Source of the DNA: Mytilus trossulus
Lineage: Eukaryota
Assembly: GCF_036588685.1 (NCBI RefSeq)
Contig: NC_086375.1
Coordinates: 77,748,001 to 77,812,000, forward strand
Direction: 5' to 3'
DNA: 64,000 bases
In this document: positions 14,588 through 26,700 of the stretch, piece after piece
Layout: each line of letters opens with the position of its first letter
Numbering within the stretch: the first letter of the stretch is position 1
Translations under genes and position numbers: made by a program
Notes under the pieces: generated by a model
What the model was told of the DNA's origin: nothing
Databases searched by the model: none
The model's input: only the letters and a program-made list of their open reading frames with translations

Positions 14588-16217
14588 CCTTATGTATGTA
14601 TTACTACGTCTGTTCGTCACTCTTTGCTATAGAAATCGTTCAATAACTCGAGTTTGCTATGAACATTTTTAATTTATAAGAATTTGTAAAAACATGCTTC
14701 CTCAATAAAATAAACATAATAGTTATTGAAGAATTTGTCATTATCGTGATACATGGAGTGCCCGTAGAACAATGGTATAACCTTATTCACTGTAACTGCG
14801 GTCCTGAATCTCACGCCTACGACTCAGTCATTATCACTTTCTCAGTCAATACCACTGACTATCCTGTGGGCAGTCCATATTATAGTATACATGAATTTTT
14901 TATAATGGCCCTGTTATATGTCCAAAGTCTGTATTAATGGCCGAGGAAGTCTGTAATGGCCCAAGGCAACAAGTTTTCAAATTCCTGCTGTCACTTCCCT
15001 TTAAAATCACATGGTCTTCCCTATAGTATATATATGTTAAACATGTATATTGAATTATTGTTTTCATTAAATATTATCTCTTGCTAAGTGCCTCTCTGGA
15101 TCACTAGAATGGATAATAGTATAATGCACTGTTCAAAGGGAGATAATCTCAGCTCAGCTAAGATTGATGTTAAAATTATTTCAAAATTCGTATATTCCGA
15201 AACTCTGAAATGACGGTGGTATATACTGGTTAACGTCTGTCCGTGTTTCCGTCAGAACGTCTGTCTGACCATTACCGGTTTCTCGGAATCAACGTTGTCG
15301 TAGTTTGCCGTTATTCACTGTACAGAACTGATATAATGTATTTGAGTACATTCTAACAGTTTGAAAATTTCTACTGGAGATAAAATAGTAGATAAACTTG
15401 ATTTAACAATTGTCAAACATCAAGCTGCAACTGAACACTGAAATATTCCCCCTTATGTTGTTTTGTAGCTTATAAGTTTCGTTTCATATCTACATTATGT
15501 AAATACTCAGCTAAACATATAATGGGTTATTTTGACTTGTGCTCTATAGGTCTTACAACCCTAATTGAACTTAAATGATCTTAAATATATTGAAACAGAG
15601 CTTACGGTAGTATTAACTGTTTCTGTTGTGATTTAAATGTCCATGAAAAGCTACTCTCTGTTAAAGTTCATATGGTGTCACTGACAATTATATGATTTCT
15701 ATACTTAGTAAATATTATTGCATACACTTCGACACGAACTTAGATAAGAGATATTTCTTGTTGAATTAAATGGTCTTTCAATATATCTTGTGAAACTATA
15801 TTTCTGTCAGTCGAAACGGTTATTCCCTTTCATCATTTTAAAACACTTAAATACATTTTAGAAAATACTTAAAACTGGACATGCACAGAAATGGTTCAAA
15901 CCATTAGTTTTTGACTGATAATATGCTTTTTTAGTTTTTCTTTATTGGAGAGACGAATTCGAAGTATACTAGTCTATTAGTGATAAGTGTACCGTTTGAG
16001 AACATTTTATACTATAATAAAGATAAAACAAATATTCACAATTAATAGACGATTTTTGCTTTTCCTGCTTGTGTATATACAATATATTTTGTAAACAAAA
16101 TGCAAAAAAAATATTTTCGCCTTTTCGACTTCGCCTTTTCACGATTTCGGGTTTTCGCCTTATAGAATAGGAAAGGCGAAAACGTGAAAAAGCAAAATGG
16201 CCTTAACTGGCCACCAT

Positions 16218-16341
16218 ACATTACCATGTCCATTCACAGACACTTATCTCTGAAGAAAAATCCTGTCTCTGAAGAAAATAAGAGTACCTAAAAGGATTTT
16301 TTTCTTCTGAGACAAGTGTCTGTGAATTGACATGGTAATGT
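16218..16341. repeat. Palindromic (hairpin) MITE-like element upstream of GALM
   Basis: acattaccatgtccattcacagacacttatctctgaagaaaaa is inverted as tttttcttctgagacaagtgtctgtgaattgacatggtaatgt; arms of ~43 bp. Confidence 0.75.
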
Positions 16342-16507
16342 GTTTAAAGTTTAAAACTTTTAGAATGCGGAAAGAATGAACGAGTTTTATACTGGTATAT
16401 GGTTGTCTACCGGAAAAGATAATAGGTCAATTTGATTAGATAATGAATTCACACAACTTTTATCATACTGTCGTACACTTATTACTATCCTTTTGAATAC
16501 ACACAAA

Positions 16508-19500
16508 ATGTCTACTGTGAATATCTTAGAGGAAGATTTTGGGAAAACAAAGGACGGCTTGTCTGTAAAAAGGCAAGTTTAAAAATATACTAATTACTTT
16601 CAACTATGCACAAACGCATTTTAGTGATCACTTTTAAAATATATTGACGTCCTGTCCTATATTTTTCAGGTTTACACTGAAGAATCAAAATAATGTTACA
16701 ATAAGAATAATCAGTTATGGAGCCATAGTGACTGACATCCTAGTCCCAGACAGAAAAGGCGATGTAAAAGACATTAACCTAGGGTTTGATGATATCAAAG
16801 GTATACCTTAAATAGCTTATAAGGTATGATAAAAGACATTGTCAATTTTATCACATCTTCTAACTTTTATTAACATTTACATTGGCAACATTTGGTGGCA
16901 CATCCAGAGCTTATATACAAAGATGGTTCATATCAGTGATTTTTATTTTAATCGGGTGTTTTAAGTTTATTCCTTTAAACATTATTACCTATACAACAAA
17001 ATCTGGCTTATCCAGCCTCTTGATCCATTGTAACTTTTACAACAAAATCTAGGTGACCATAGATGGTAAGGCCAACAATCCCCAATCTCGTTTATATTGC
17101 ATTGTTCCCTCCCACAATATTGACAAACATCCCTTCAGTCAAACTGTTTAATCAGGTTTTGAAATCTTTATTTTTTAAAGTATAGCCCTGCCAAATTGCA
17201 AACACCAACATGTTGAATACGTTTTCTGTTTTTTTGCTTAGGATACGAGAGTCCACGTCAGAGATATTTTGGTGCTTTGTGTGGTAGAGTTGCAAATAGA
17301 ATCGCTGATGGGAAGTTTACATTAGATGGAACTGACTATAAACTTGCGATTAATAATGGTCCAAACCATCTTCATGGAGGTTTAAAAGGTTTTGATAAGG
17401 TATTCTAATATGACGTCCTTATTACGCTTTGAAAACAAAGTCGTGTTCTAATGAGCATAAAAAATATGTTTGACACATGCGCACGAACTTACTGTGTATA
17501 TAAGTGTTATTTCCATCGTTATCTTTAAAATGCAGCAGCTAGCATACAATTTTATTATATCATTTTTATATAACAACATATATTTACCCTGCTCGTGGTT
17601 TTTAAACTTATCAAATATGAATTGTAATGCACAGACTCCTCGGGGAGGAAACGGGAAAAGCCAAACGTTTTTATGGTATTTTTCTACGCTCCGATCTATA
17701 AAAATACTGCATTTGTCCTATTAGAATCGAAATAATTCCTTCATGTCATGTTCTTTGCTCATTTTAACATGGGTAGGCATTATATTTGACCACATTTTAC
17801 ACGCTCAATGTAAAATATCGACAAATATAATGCCTACCCATGTTAAAATGAGCATAGAGCATGACATGAAGGAATTATTTCTTAATTTTATGCTAATTTT
17901 TATGTTATTATATCGGAAAAGACTTCTACGCTTATCAATAACACAATATAAAGACTTTTTAGTCAGCTTTATTATGAAAAATAAATCAAATATCTTAAAA
18001 AAAAAGAAAAAGACGATGTTTTATTTCCATTAATACTCACACAGGGAGCATAAAACAACATAAGACATTAATAAGGCAATAACAAAAAGAAACAACAATA
18101 CATTAGTATACATACAAAGAAAAACCTTTAAAAGGAGGAAAAACCAGTTTAAACATCATGAAGAACACACAGATATAAATACACGTTTACCTCCTTTTAC
18201 TATCCTCTACTCTGATATGAAAAAAATGCTTTGTACATCAAAAATTTAAATAACCCAATATTATAGTACCATCAATCTACAGTAAGTTTGAGATTCCAAC
18301 GAACAATTTTATTCTAAATATATATGGTAACACTGTCTCAATGATGAACTTACTGAAATTTTCACAGCTGATAATACATTAGGATTATAATTTTAAATTG
18401 ATAGAAACGATCTTCATTATAGTAAAAGTATATTCCAACAGGTTGTATGGAAAGCTGATGTCAAAGATTCAAAAGTAGTGATGTCGTACACAAGTCCAGA
18501 TGGTGAGGAGAATTACCCCGGGGAACTAACTACAACTGTTACATACGAACTGACCAATGATAACGAGTTAATCATAGATTATACAGCCACTACTACTAAA
18601 GCCACGCCCATTAATGTAACCAATCATTCCTATTTTAACCTTGCGGGACAAGTAAGTTTAGTAAAGCTCCGTACGCGTGTATCTATTTTATTTTTTCTCT
18701 CTCCAGGAATAAATTAAAACAATATTTAAAAGAAGTGGTTATTACAAATTGAAAATAAAAGGTGTATTTCTTGCCAACAAAACAAATAAACAATCAAGCA
18801 GGTCAAATCACTGTGATTTCTACTCTGATCTACTCTGTTGGACATATTTTTGTCATTAGATGCATTGCAATTTGTTTTCTGGACACTGAGTAATCATTCT
18901 TAAAACGATGTAATCTTAATTCTAGTTGAATTATGTCGATCTACGTCTTTCTTAAGTACGCTGTGTGTCCTTAATTTATTGTTAGTACAACTTTTTATTT
19001 TTTTACAGGGTTCTGTTAATATAGATGATCATGTTATCAAAGTAAATGCTGACTATTATACTCCTTTGAACGAAAACGTCATTCCAACAGGTGCGTAATG
19101 CTAGCACATATCGCATCGTAAGTACGAGTTATGTGGCAGTATCACTGTAAGCAATGCATTTTGCAGATCTTTGTAAAAGATTAGACAATTTGTTAGTTTT
19201 CCTCAATATAAAATTTGAAGCGGGGCGCAGACAAATACATGAACGTTTCCATGAAAAATTAAAAATTAAAAATAACAAAAATAAACTCCGAGGAAAATTC
19301 AAAACGGAAAGTCCCAAAGCAAATGGCAAAATCAAAAGCTCAAACACATCAAACGAATGGACAACAACTGCCATATTCCTGACTTGGTACAGGCATTTTT
19401 CTTATGCAGAAAATGGTGCTATAGCTAGATAAACTTCTCACTTTCATGACAATCTCAGAAAGTTCCATTACATAGACAATGATGTGTGAACAAAACAAAC

Positions 19501-21908
19501 AGACATGTTATGTAAAAATGGGTAAAAAAATGGGTAAAGCAGTCATCAGCGTGTAATCGATTTCTATTCGGAAGTAGATTGCACAAAGTTTGAATAAATA
19601 AAGCAATTACAATAGGGATTATGTAACTATAAAGAATCCTACCAATTTAACATCTTTTATATCATGTTGTTATGTATTTAGATATATATGTTTTAGATAT
19701 GTGTCATTCAGTTTTATATGTTTTACGGAATTGTACAAGTGATGTCCGGAAACGCCTTTGTATTTACTCTCTCTTTAATTAAATGTCGTCAACGTCAGAC
19801 GTGTCTTTATTGCTTGAGCTAGTCCCAACCTAAAACTTATAACGAAGACGAGGCGATATCGTTTCATGGTGGGGGACCCGGGCTGTCTATGTGAAAACCA
19901 GAAATCCTGTGTCCGGAAACGCCTTTGTATTTACTCTCTCTTTTATTAAATGTCGTCAACGTCAGACGTGTCATTATTGCTCGAGCTAGTACCAACCCAA
20001 AACTTATAATAATACGATGCGATATCGTTATAATGTCCTTTCATGTTACCAACCACGCTCTCGATTTAGATATCGCGATACAATTATTAATTTATTAGTC
20101 ATAATTAAATGATCGTTTATGTGATTTCCCCCCTTATTCTACCTTTTCAGGTGAAATTGCTCCCGTAGAAGGAACCCCATACGATATTCGGACAGCAGTA
20201 CGCCTAGGAGATCAGATAAAAAAAGTCAACAATGGAAAGGGGTTTGACATAAACTTTTGTGTAGGAAAAACTGGCGAAATGAAAAAATGTGGCAGGTATA
20301 ATTATATTTTGCTTTGGTTGTTGTTTTAAAAGCAATACACAATCTAGTGGAATACCGAAACATTTTGAATTTAAAAAAAAACTAAGAATCTTCTTGTCCC
20401 AGGAATAGATTACCTTAGCCGTATTTGGATCCTCAATGCTATTTAACTTTGTACTTGTTTAGCTTTTTAACTTTTTTATATGAGCGTCACTGATGAGTCT
20501 TATGTAGACGAAACGCGCGTCTGGGGTACTAAATTATATTCCAGGTACTTTTGATAACTGATCCAATATAACACCGAATAGAAAACTAAGTTTTAACACA
20601 GCAAGCATTATCTAAAATCGTTGCTTCAGTAAAGTAAGCAGTTCATGCTGTATAGTGACACCCATCGTGTTGCTCATAGATAGTAAAATCTGATGACAAG
20701 TGTCATTTGGTGGCGTTATATTGGAGGAAAAGAGATTTTGTATGATTTTCAATTTTAGTTCATTTTTATATATTTCGGAGTAGTATGACGTCCACTATTG
20801 CTGAACTAGTACCCATTTTCTATTCAGGAGCCAGCTGAAGCAAGCCTCCGGTTGCGAGATTTTCTCGCTGTGTTGAAAACATATTGGTGTCTTTTGGCTG
20901 TTTTCTGCTCTTCGGTCGTATTGTTGTCTCTTTGACACATTCCCCATTTCGATTCTCGATTTTACCATGTTAGTCATTACACACCCCAAAGTGTTGATGT
21001 CTATAACACGTACGAAATGACAAGTGGGCGTTACAGAACATAACCTGATTAAGTCAGTTGATAACCAGTTACATGAGCGCGCCAAGGAAAGGTCTTGTCC
21101 ACGCTGTTATACAATGATTCTAAGCGTATATGGAAAATCGTCGAGGAAATAAAATATTTAAAACTTTTCAAAATATTATGAAACATAATTGCCCAATTTA
21201 AAAACAGGACAATATTCATTGTAAATATGTCACCTATGTCTACAAATCTGGCAAAAATGATATCAATTGATGACATTAAGTCACCAAAAGAGTTACTCCA
21301 CTAATTCCTTCGTGAATGTTTTTTGACAATCTAATTTATACTTTTATAAAGTCATGGTTCTTTTTTTAACTTTAGTGTCTCACATAATTTTGTAGAGTAG
21401 AACATCCACCCTCAGGACGAGTTCTGGAAGTATCAAGCACAGAGCCTGGTTTACAGGTATACACATCGTACTATCTAGACAATGTCCAGGGAAAAGCAGG
21501 TGCTACATACGGACAGTTTAGTGCCTTCTGTTTAGAAACACAACATTATGCTGATAGTGTCAATCATGTAAGTAGTCTAGAATTATTTTTCGTAATCAAC
21601 TTAATAAATTCAGTCATTTGCCTCAGCTTAGTTTTTCAATTAATTTCCTTCAGTTTACTTATTTTGTTTGCGTCATACTAGATGGCAGAATTTTTATGAT
21701 GATTTTTTTAGTTTGAATTCTATTTAAAGAAATGAATTGCTCTCATAATTTACCGCCTACAAAATGAAGTTAAGAATAAAGATATCTATATTAGAATATT
21801 TTTATTTTTATTTCTTTTTATTTACTTCAGGATAATTTTCCAAGTACGATCCTTAGACCTGGTGAAACGTACAGACATACTACACATTATAAATTCAGCA
21901 CTATATGA
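16508..21908 (+). CDS. GALM: Aldose 1-epimerase (galactose mutarotase), 8 coding exons, ~346 aa
   Basis: Exons 16508-16572 (GC donor), 16670-16800, 17242-17399, 18442-18651, 19009-19090, 20151-20295, 21396-21567 and 21831-21908. Motifs: [60 protein letters not shown] at ~21982. Confidence 0.96.
17729..17881. repeat. Near-perfect palindromic MITE in GALM intron 3
   Basis: gaaataattccttcatgtcatgttctttgctcattttaacatgggtaggcattatatttg and its inverse at 17823-17881; arms of ~60 bp. Confidence 0.85.
19270..19550 (+). repeat. Interspersed repeat; second copy at 56217-56440
   Basis: Shared aactccgaggaaaattcaaa...aaacacatcaaacgaatgga...catattcctgacttggtacaggcatttt. Confidence 0.8.
19743..20029. repeat. 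Tandem duplication, period 167 bp (~120 bp duplicated), in GALM intron 5
   Basis: tgtccggaaacgcctttgtatttactctctct...gcgatatcgtt begins at 19743 and again at 19910. Confidence 0.85.
20484..20527 (+). ncRNA. Type I minimal hammerhead ribozyme with intact core, in repeat 20385-20558 inside GALM intron 6
   Basis: CTGATGA 20490-20496; stem II GTCT/AGAC (20497-20500 / 20506-20509); GAAA 20510-20513; palindromic stem III C-GCGC-G; GTC cleavage triplet 20519-20521. Stem I has one mismatch. Confidence 0.75.
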
Positions 21909-23511
21909 GAGAAACGGTGAAATCGGTACCACATTTGGAATCACTTTTGAAGAGAAATCCAAAATTGTTGTTATTGTAACAAATAAAGAAATTTATGTCA
22001 ATGGAATTAACCAATTTCCCTGAATTCACCTTTGCACTTTTAATATTATAGAATGTTTCGTAAGCTTCAATTTTATAGCTGGAAGTATAAAAAAAAATTA
22101 ACTCAACTTGCCTATTCTTGTGTTTGTCGTTTAATGTTACATCAACCCCTCCTCATTGGAGAACTTAAAGTTGATGGAAGTACTTTGATAAGGTTTGTTA
22201 CATATATTCAATGTTTTAATGTTAATCGGGACGATTAAGAGCTTGACATATTGAATGTTAACCTATCTATAATGGAATACCATTTGTTTACGTCAAGTTA
22301 TCTGCGGATTGTTTCTGTTGTGTGGTGATGTCTGCAAAGACTTATCATTCATATTAACTAAATATTCGTGTTCCTAGGAACTGCATGAAGGCCGTTATAG
22401 TAATCAATCGTCGATTAACCAGAAGTAAAATTCAGTCACTGATTGCTGCTGTGACTTTACCATGACACCAAATGTTCTCAAAATCACAGGGATTTACATT
22501 ATCCCATAATTTATTATCAAAACAAGCTTGGTATCAGATGAAACTGCATGGAGTTCAAAAGTTATCATCTGGAAACTACTGCTTTGATCCCGAAACCCAA
22601 TTTTTACTTCCGGACGACACTCATAACGTTAGTCAGATAGCCTATTTTCTACCATTACTTACCTTCTATAAACAATCGTAACTACTTGGCCATTCTCGCT
22701 ATGCAGTACAACATTTCTTCGTGCAACCAGAAAGGCCGAGTAGTTCCAAACTGATTATTTTGCAAATTTGGGATGCGCATGTAAATATATCGAAAAGAAA
22801 AGAAGGGGTCGAAATTACAAATACGAGTTGTGGGATCAAAAATTATATTGTTTTGATAATCCATCGCTTAATTGGTTTTAAAAAAGAGGCGAAAGATTTC
22901 AGAGGGCCATTCAAACTCTTTAGTCGAAAATAAATAGACAACGCCATGGAAATAAAAAGAACGCGATCAAATTATTATTATTATTTTTTTAACGATAACA
23001 AAATAACAAATATTTTTATTAAATTATTTCCTGTTATGTAAATATCTAAGAAACCCAGGTCGCATACTTAGGGACGGACCCCTGTTTTTTAACAGCCTCA
23101 TTTGACCAGGGAAAATATCATATGAGTTTAAGCTTCACACAGTTTTCATAATTATACATTTATAGCTAACCAATACAATTGATTTTATGTCAATAAATAC
23201 GTTACCATCATAAATTCTGAGTGCATCCATCTGCGCAAGTCTGACAGGCGGAAAACCCCAAATAAAAATATCATCCAATGAGAAGAGGGATGACCAGTGC
23301 CCGTATAACCATGCCTTTATATCATCCATTTAATTTCCGCCTGCGCATCGAGACGCACGTATTTTTGTATTTTACACAACTTACAAAGAAGACTAAAAGT
23401 TTTTGTTTTTACTATATTGAATATCGTAGGTATCGCCATACCATTATTTATTTGACATTTTTTTGTTATTATATTGTTGTTATAAGTGTTTAACTTCATA
23501 CTTATTTAATT

Positions 23512-24721
23512 ATGGAGTTTAATGCTCCCAGTCCTTACGAGGCCATTACAGGTGGTGATGTTTTCTTAGACGGTTCGTTACCTTTTCCTGTGACCGTTAC
23601 AGCGGTAGGGCAGGGAACCCCTCCTAATAGTAGTCAACTAACCGACGTTTTGACTTCTTTACTTCGGTGACTACTAAGACCTGTCAACAGACCCAGCATG
23701 CAGGTTCTGTCGGTTATGATGGAGGTGTCCCTACCACTACCACTGTTACACACACCCTTTCTAGATTGTTTCGCAACCTTCTGTTCCTGTGTCTTTATCT
23801 TCATCTGTAATTGGTCAGTCTTCTACCAATTCTGGTAAAGAACCGGAGACTGAAGATGCTCCTTCCTTCTTGAAGGATCTCAGAGATTCTGTCTATACAA
23901 TCATGAGAGATGTCAACAAGGTGCCTTTTCAGTCACTTCCCAGATCCAAGAAACTAACCTCCACTTTTGAGGCTTCATGTGGTCTGTCTGTAGATGATAA
24001 TAAATAGTAGTTTTCCACAGTCTAATCATATGTCCAACTCTTTGCAGATCATTAATGATGGGATTGTGGCTAATGAGTCCCAATTTTCCCAGGTTAGTGG
24101 TTTCGGTCTTCACTTCACTTTATTCACTGAGCAATTCCGCTCTAATGATTATGAACTGTTTTACTCTATTTTGGGTAAACTAGTACCCAAATGTGACAAG
24201 GTGTTTTCATCTACTATTTCTTCTAAACCCGCCGATGGACTGCGTCTTATGCAGTCTGTTTGGTCTAAAACAGAGAATCTTCTTAGAAACGCTTCTCATG
24301 TTCTAGGCACTGCTGAACATTTCTTATCAGCAGTTGCCCCAGTTCTTAAAGACTCTTCTCTTCCACCAGAGGTCAAACCTTTCCTATTACAGGTAGACAA
24401 GGCAAGGCAAAGGTGTCCGATAATCTTAAGGATGCTTTAATCAAGTCTCATTTGGATGAGAAGATATTTGGGATATCACTTGATGAGGTACAGAAGCATC
24501 TCAATCAAACTCCAGCCCCAGTGAAGGTAAATGTATTTCTTACGGGAAATAATTCTAAACGAGGTAGTTATTCTTCTGCTGGAGGCTCATTTTATAATTC
24601 TCAGGAAAAGAGGAGGAAAATCACTAATGATGGAGGTAATAAACCTAAAAATTCTTCAATCCCTAGGTCTAAACCTAACAGTTTTAAAAGAGGTGGCAAG
24701 AGGACCAACCCCTCTTCCTAG
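23512..24721 (+). pseudogene. DIRS ORF1 (gag-like), fragmented
   Basis: Broken ORFs 23789-24007, 23994-24440 and 24413-24721 lie between the left ITR and RT, with a basic C-terminus. The call is mostly positional. Confidence 0.55.
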
Positions 24722-24743
24722 GAAGTTGCCCCTTCGTACGTGA

Positions 24744-26700
24744 CTGTCCGAACCCAATCCAAAGATGTACTACAAAGCTCCTCTCTCTCAATTTCCAGTA
24801 GGGGGGAGATTAACTCATTTTCTAAAAACATGGATAAGTATTACCTCAGATTGTTGGGTTCTGTCAGTAATTCGAGGGGGATTGACTCTTCAATTCAAAT
24901 AACAACCACCTCTTTCACCTGTTCCTATTCCACTGTCCAATACTCAAGATCCACAGAAGTTTATTCTTCTGTCAACAGAAGTAGAGACTCTTTTGACAAA
25001 GAGGGCAGTGGAGGAAGTCCCTGTACCTTCAATATATCCAGGTTTCTATTCTCGTCTCTTCCTTGTATCGAAGAAGACCGGAGGAATGAGACCAGTCATC
25101 GATTTGTCTATCCTCAACTCTTACATGATTATTCCCCATTTCAAAATGGAGACCAATCGTTCATTAAGAGCTTCTATTCTTCCAGGTATGTGGACAACAT
25201 CCCTGGACCTGACGGACGCTTATTTTCATGTTCCAGTTTGCCATTCATACCGCAAATTCCTTCGGTTTGTTTGGAACAAAATGGTTTACCAATTCAGGGC
25301 TCTCCCTTTTGGTCTGTCAACTGCACCACTAGCTTTTACCAAACTTATGCAGGTAGCAATTGCTCACTTTCATTTACAGGCTATTCATATTCATTCTTAC
25401 CTGGACGACTCACTGATCAAGGAATTTTCTCCCGAGAAACTCTATCTGAATACCGATGTAGTCATCAGATTGCTGCTCTCTCTGAGGTTTCTCATTTTGT
25501 GGAAAAAGTCGGACCTCATGCCGTCTCAGGACTTTATTTTTCTAGGCGAACATTACCTTACTCATCAGTGCATAGTTCGACCTCCTCAGGAAAAGTTTCA
25601 GAATCTTTGTTAAAAAATTCATCTGTTTCTATCTCAAAAAACAGTCACTGCTCGCCAGTTTTCACAACTGGTAGGTCTCTTGAATTCTCTAGCCGATGTT
25701 GTTCCACTTGGTCGCCTTCACATTCGACCTCTTCAATTTTATCTACACCAACTTTGGCTCACAGCTACACAGAGTTGGGAGTTTCCAGTTCCAATCATTC
25801 ATCAGGAATTGTTTCCTCATTATTTTGGTAGACTTCTCAAGCAAACGTTTTGAGAGGCCAACTTCTGTCCTCTCCAGTTCCAAATCAGACTCTGTTCACA
25901 GATGCCTCCAACCTCGGTTGGGGGGCTTATCTGGAAGGTCTTTCAGTGTCAGGAGTGTGGACTCCAGATCTTTTGAAGGAACACATCAACATACTAGAAA
26001 TGAAGGCAGTGCGTCTTGCCCTGTCTCATTTTCAGCCCCAACTGCAGAACAAATCTCTGGTTCTAGCAACGGACAACACCACTGTGGTGGCTTATTTGCG
26101 AAACCAAGGGGGAACTCATTGTTACGAGCTGTATCTTTTAGCAAGAGAAATCCTTCTTCTTTGCAATCATCTTCATCTACAGATTGTAGTTCGTCAAGTC
26201 CCAGGGAAACTCAATGTGTTAGCAGATGCTCTGTCAAGAACACTTACCCCAGTCAATACAGAGTGGGAACTTCTACAATCAGTATTTCAGGCAATAACAC
26301 TTCAGTGGGGGTTTCCCCGTGTAGACCTGTTTGCAACAAGCATCAATTACAAAGTTCAAGTGTTCATGTCTCCTGTACCAGATCCGAAAGCTTACGCAGT
26401 AGACTGCATGAGTGTTCCTTGGGACGGGATGTTCGCTTACGTTTTCCCACCGTTCAGATTTCTGTCACAAGTTCTTCGGAAGATCTCATTAGAGCAAGGT
26501 TTGATCATTCTTATTGCTCCAGCTTGGCCAAACAAGCCTGGTTTCCAGATCTTCTTCATCATCCTGTGCTCGTCCACTGGTTCTACCAGTACAACACAAT
26601 CTTCTGTCCCAGTTCAAGGGCAAGATACTTCATCCCAATCCAGAGAAGCTACATCTGTTTGCGTGGCTTCTCTCAGCGATAGCTTCAAGGAGAGAGGTTT
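24744..26700 (+). pseudogene. DIRS ORF2: reverse transcriptase, RNase H and Dam-like methyltransferase domain (stops and frameshifts)
   Basis: PVGGRL..F...W; FYSRLFLVSKKTGGMRPVIDL; SLDLTDAYFHVP; ALPFGLSTAP; YLDD; RNase H LFTDAS/HINILE/TDNTT/NVLADALSR; MTase VDLFA...YVFPPF. Confidence 0.93.

Noticed and set aside
23135-23329. Mirror-image ORFs MDDIKAWLYGHW (also 31801-32016)
   Set aside because: These are translations of the DIRS inverted terminal repeats, not genes.
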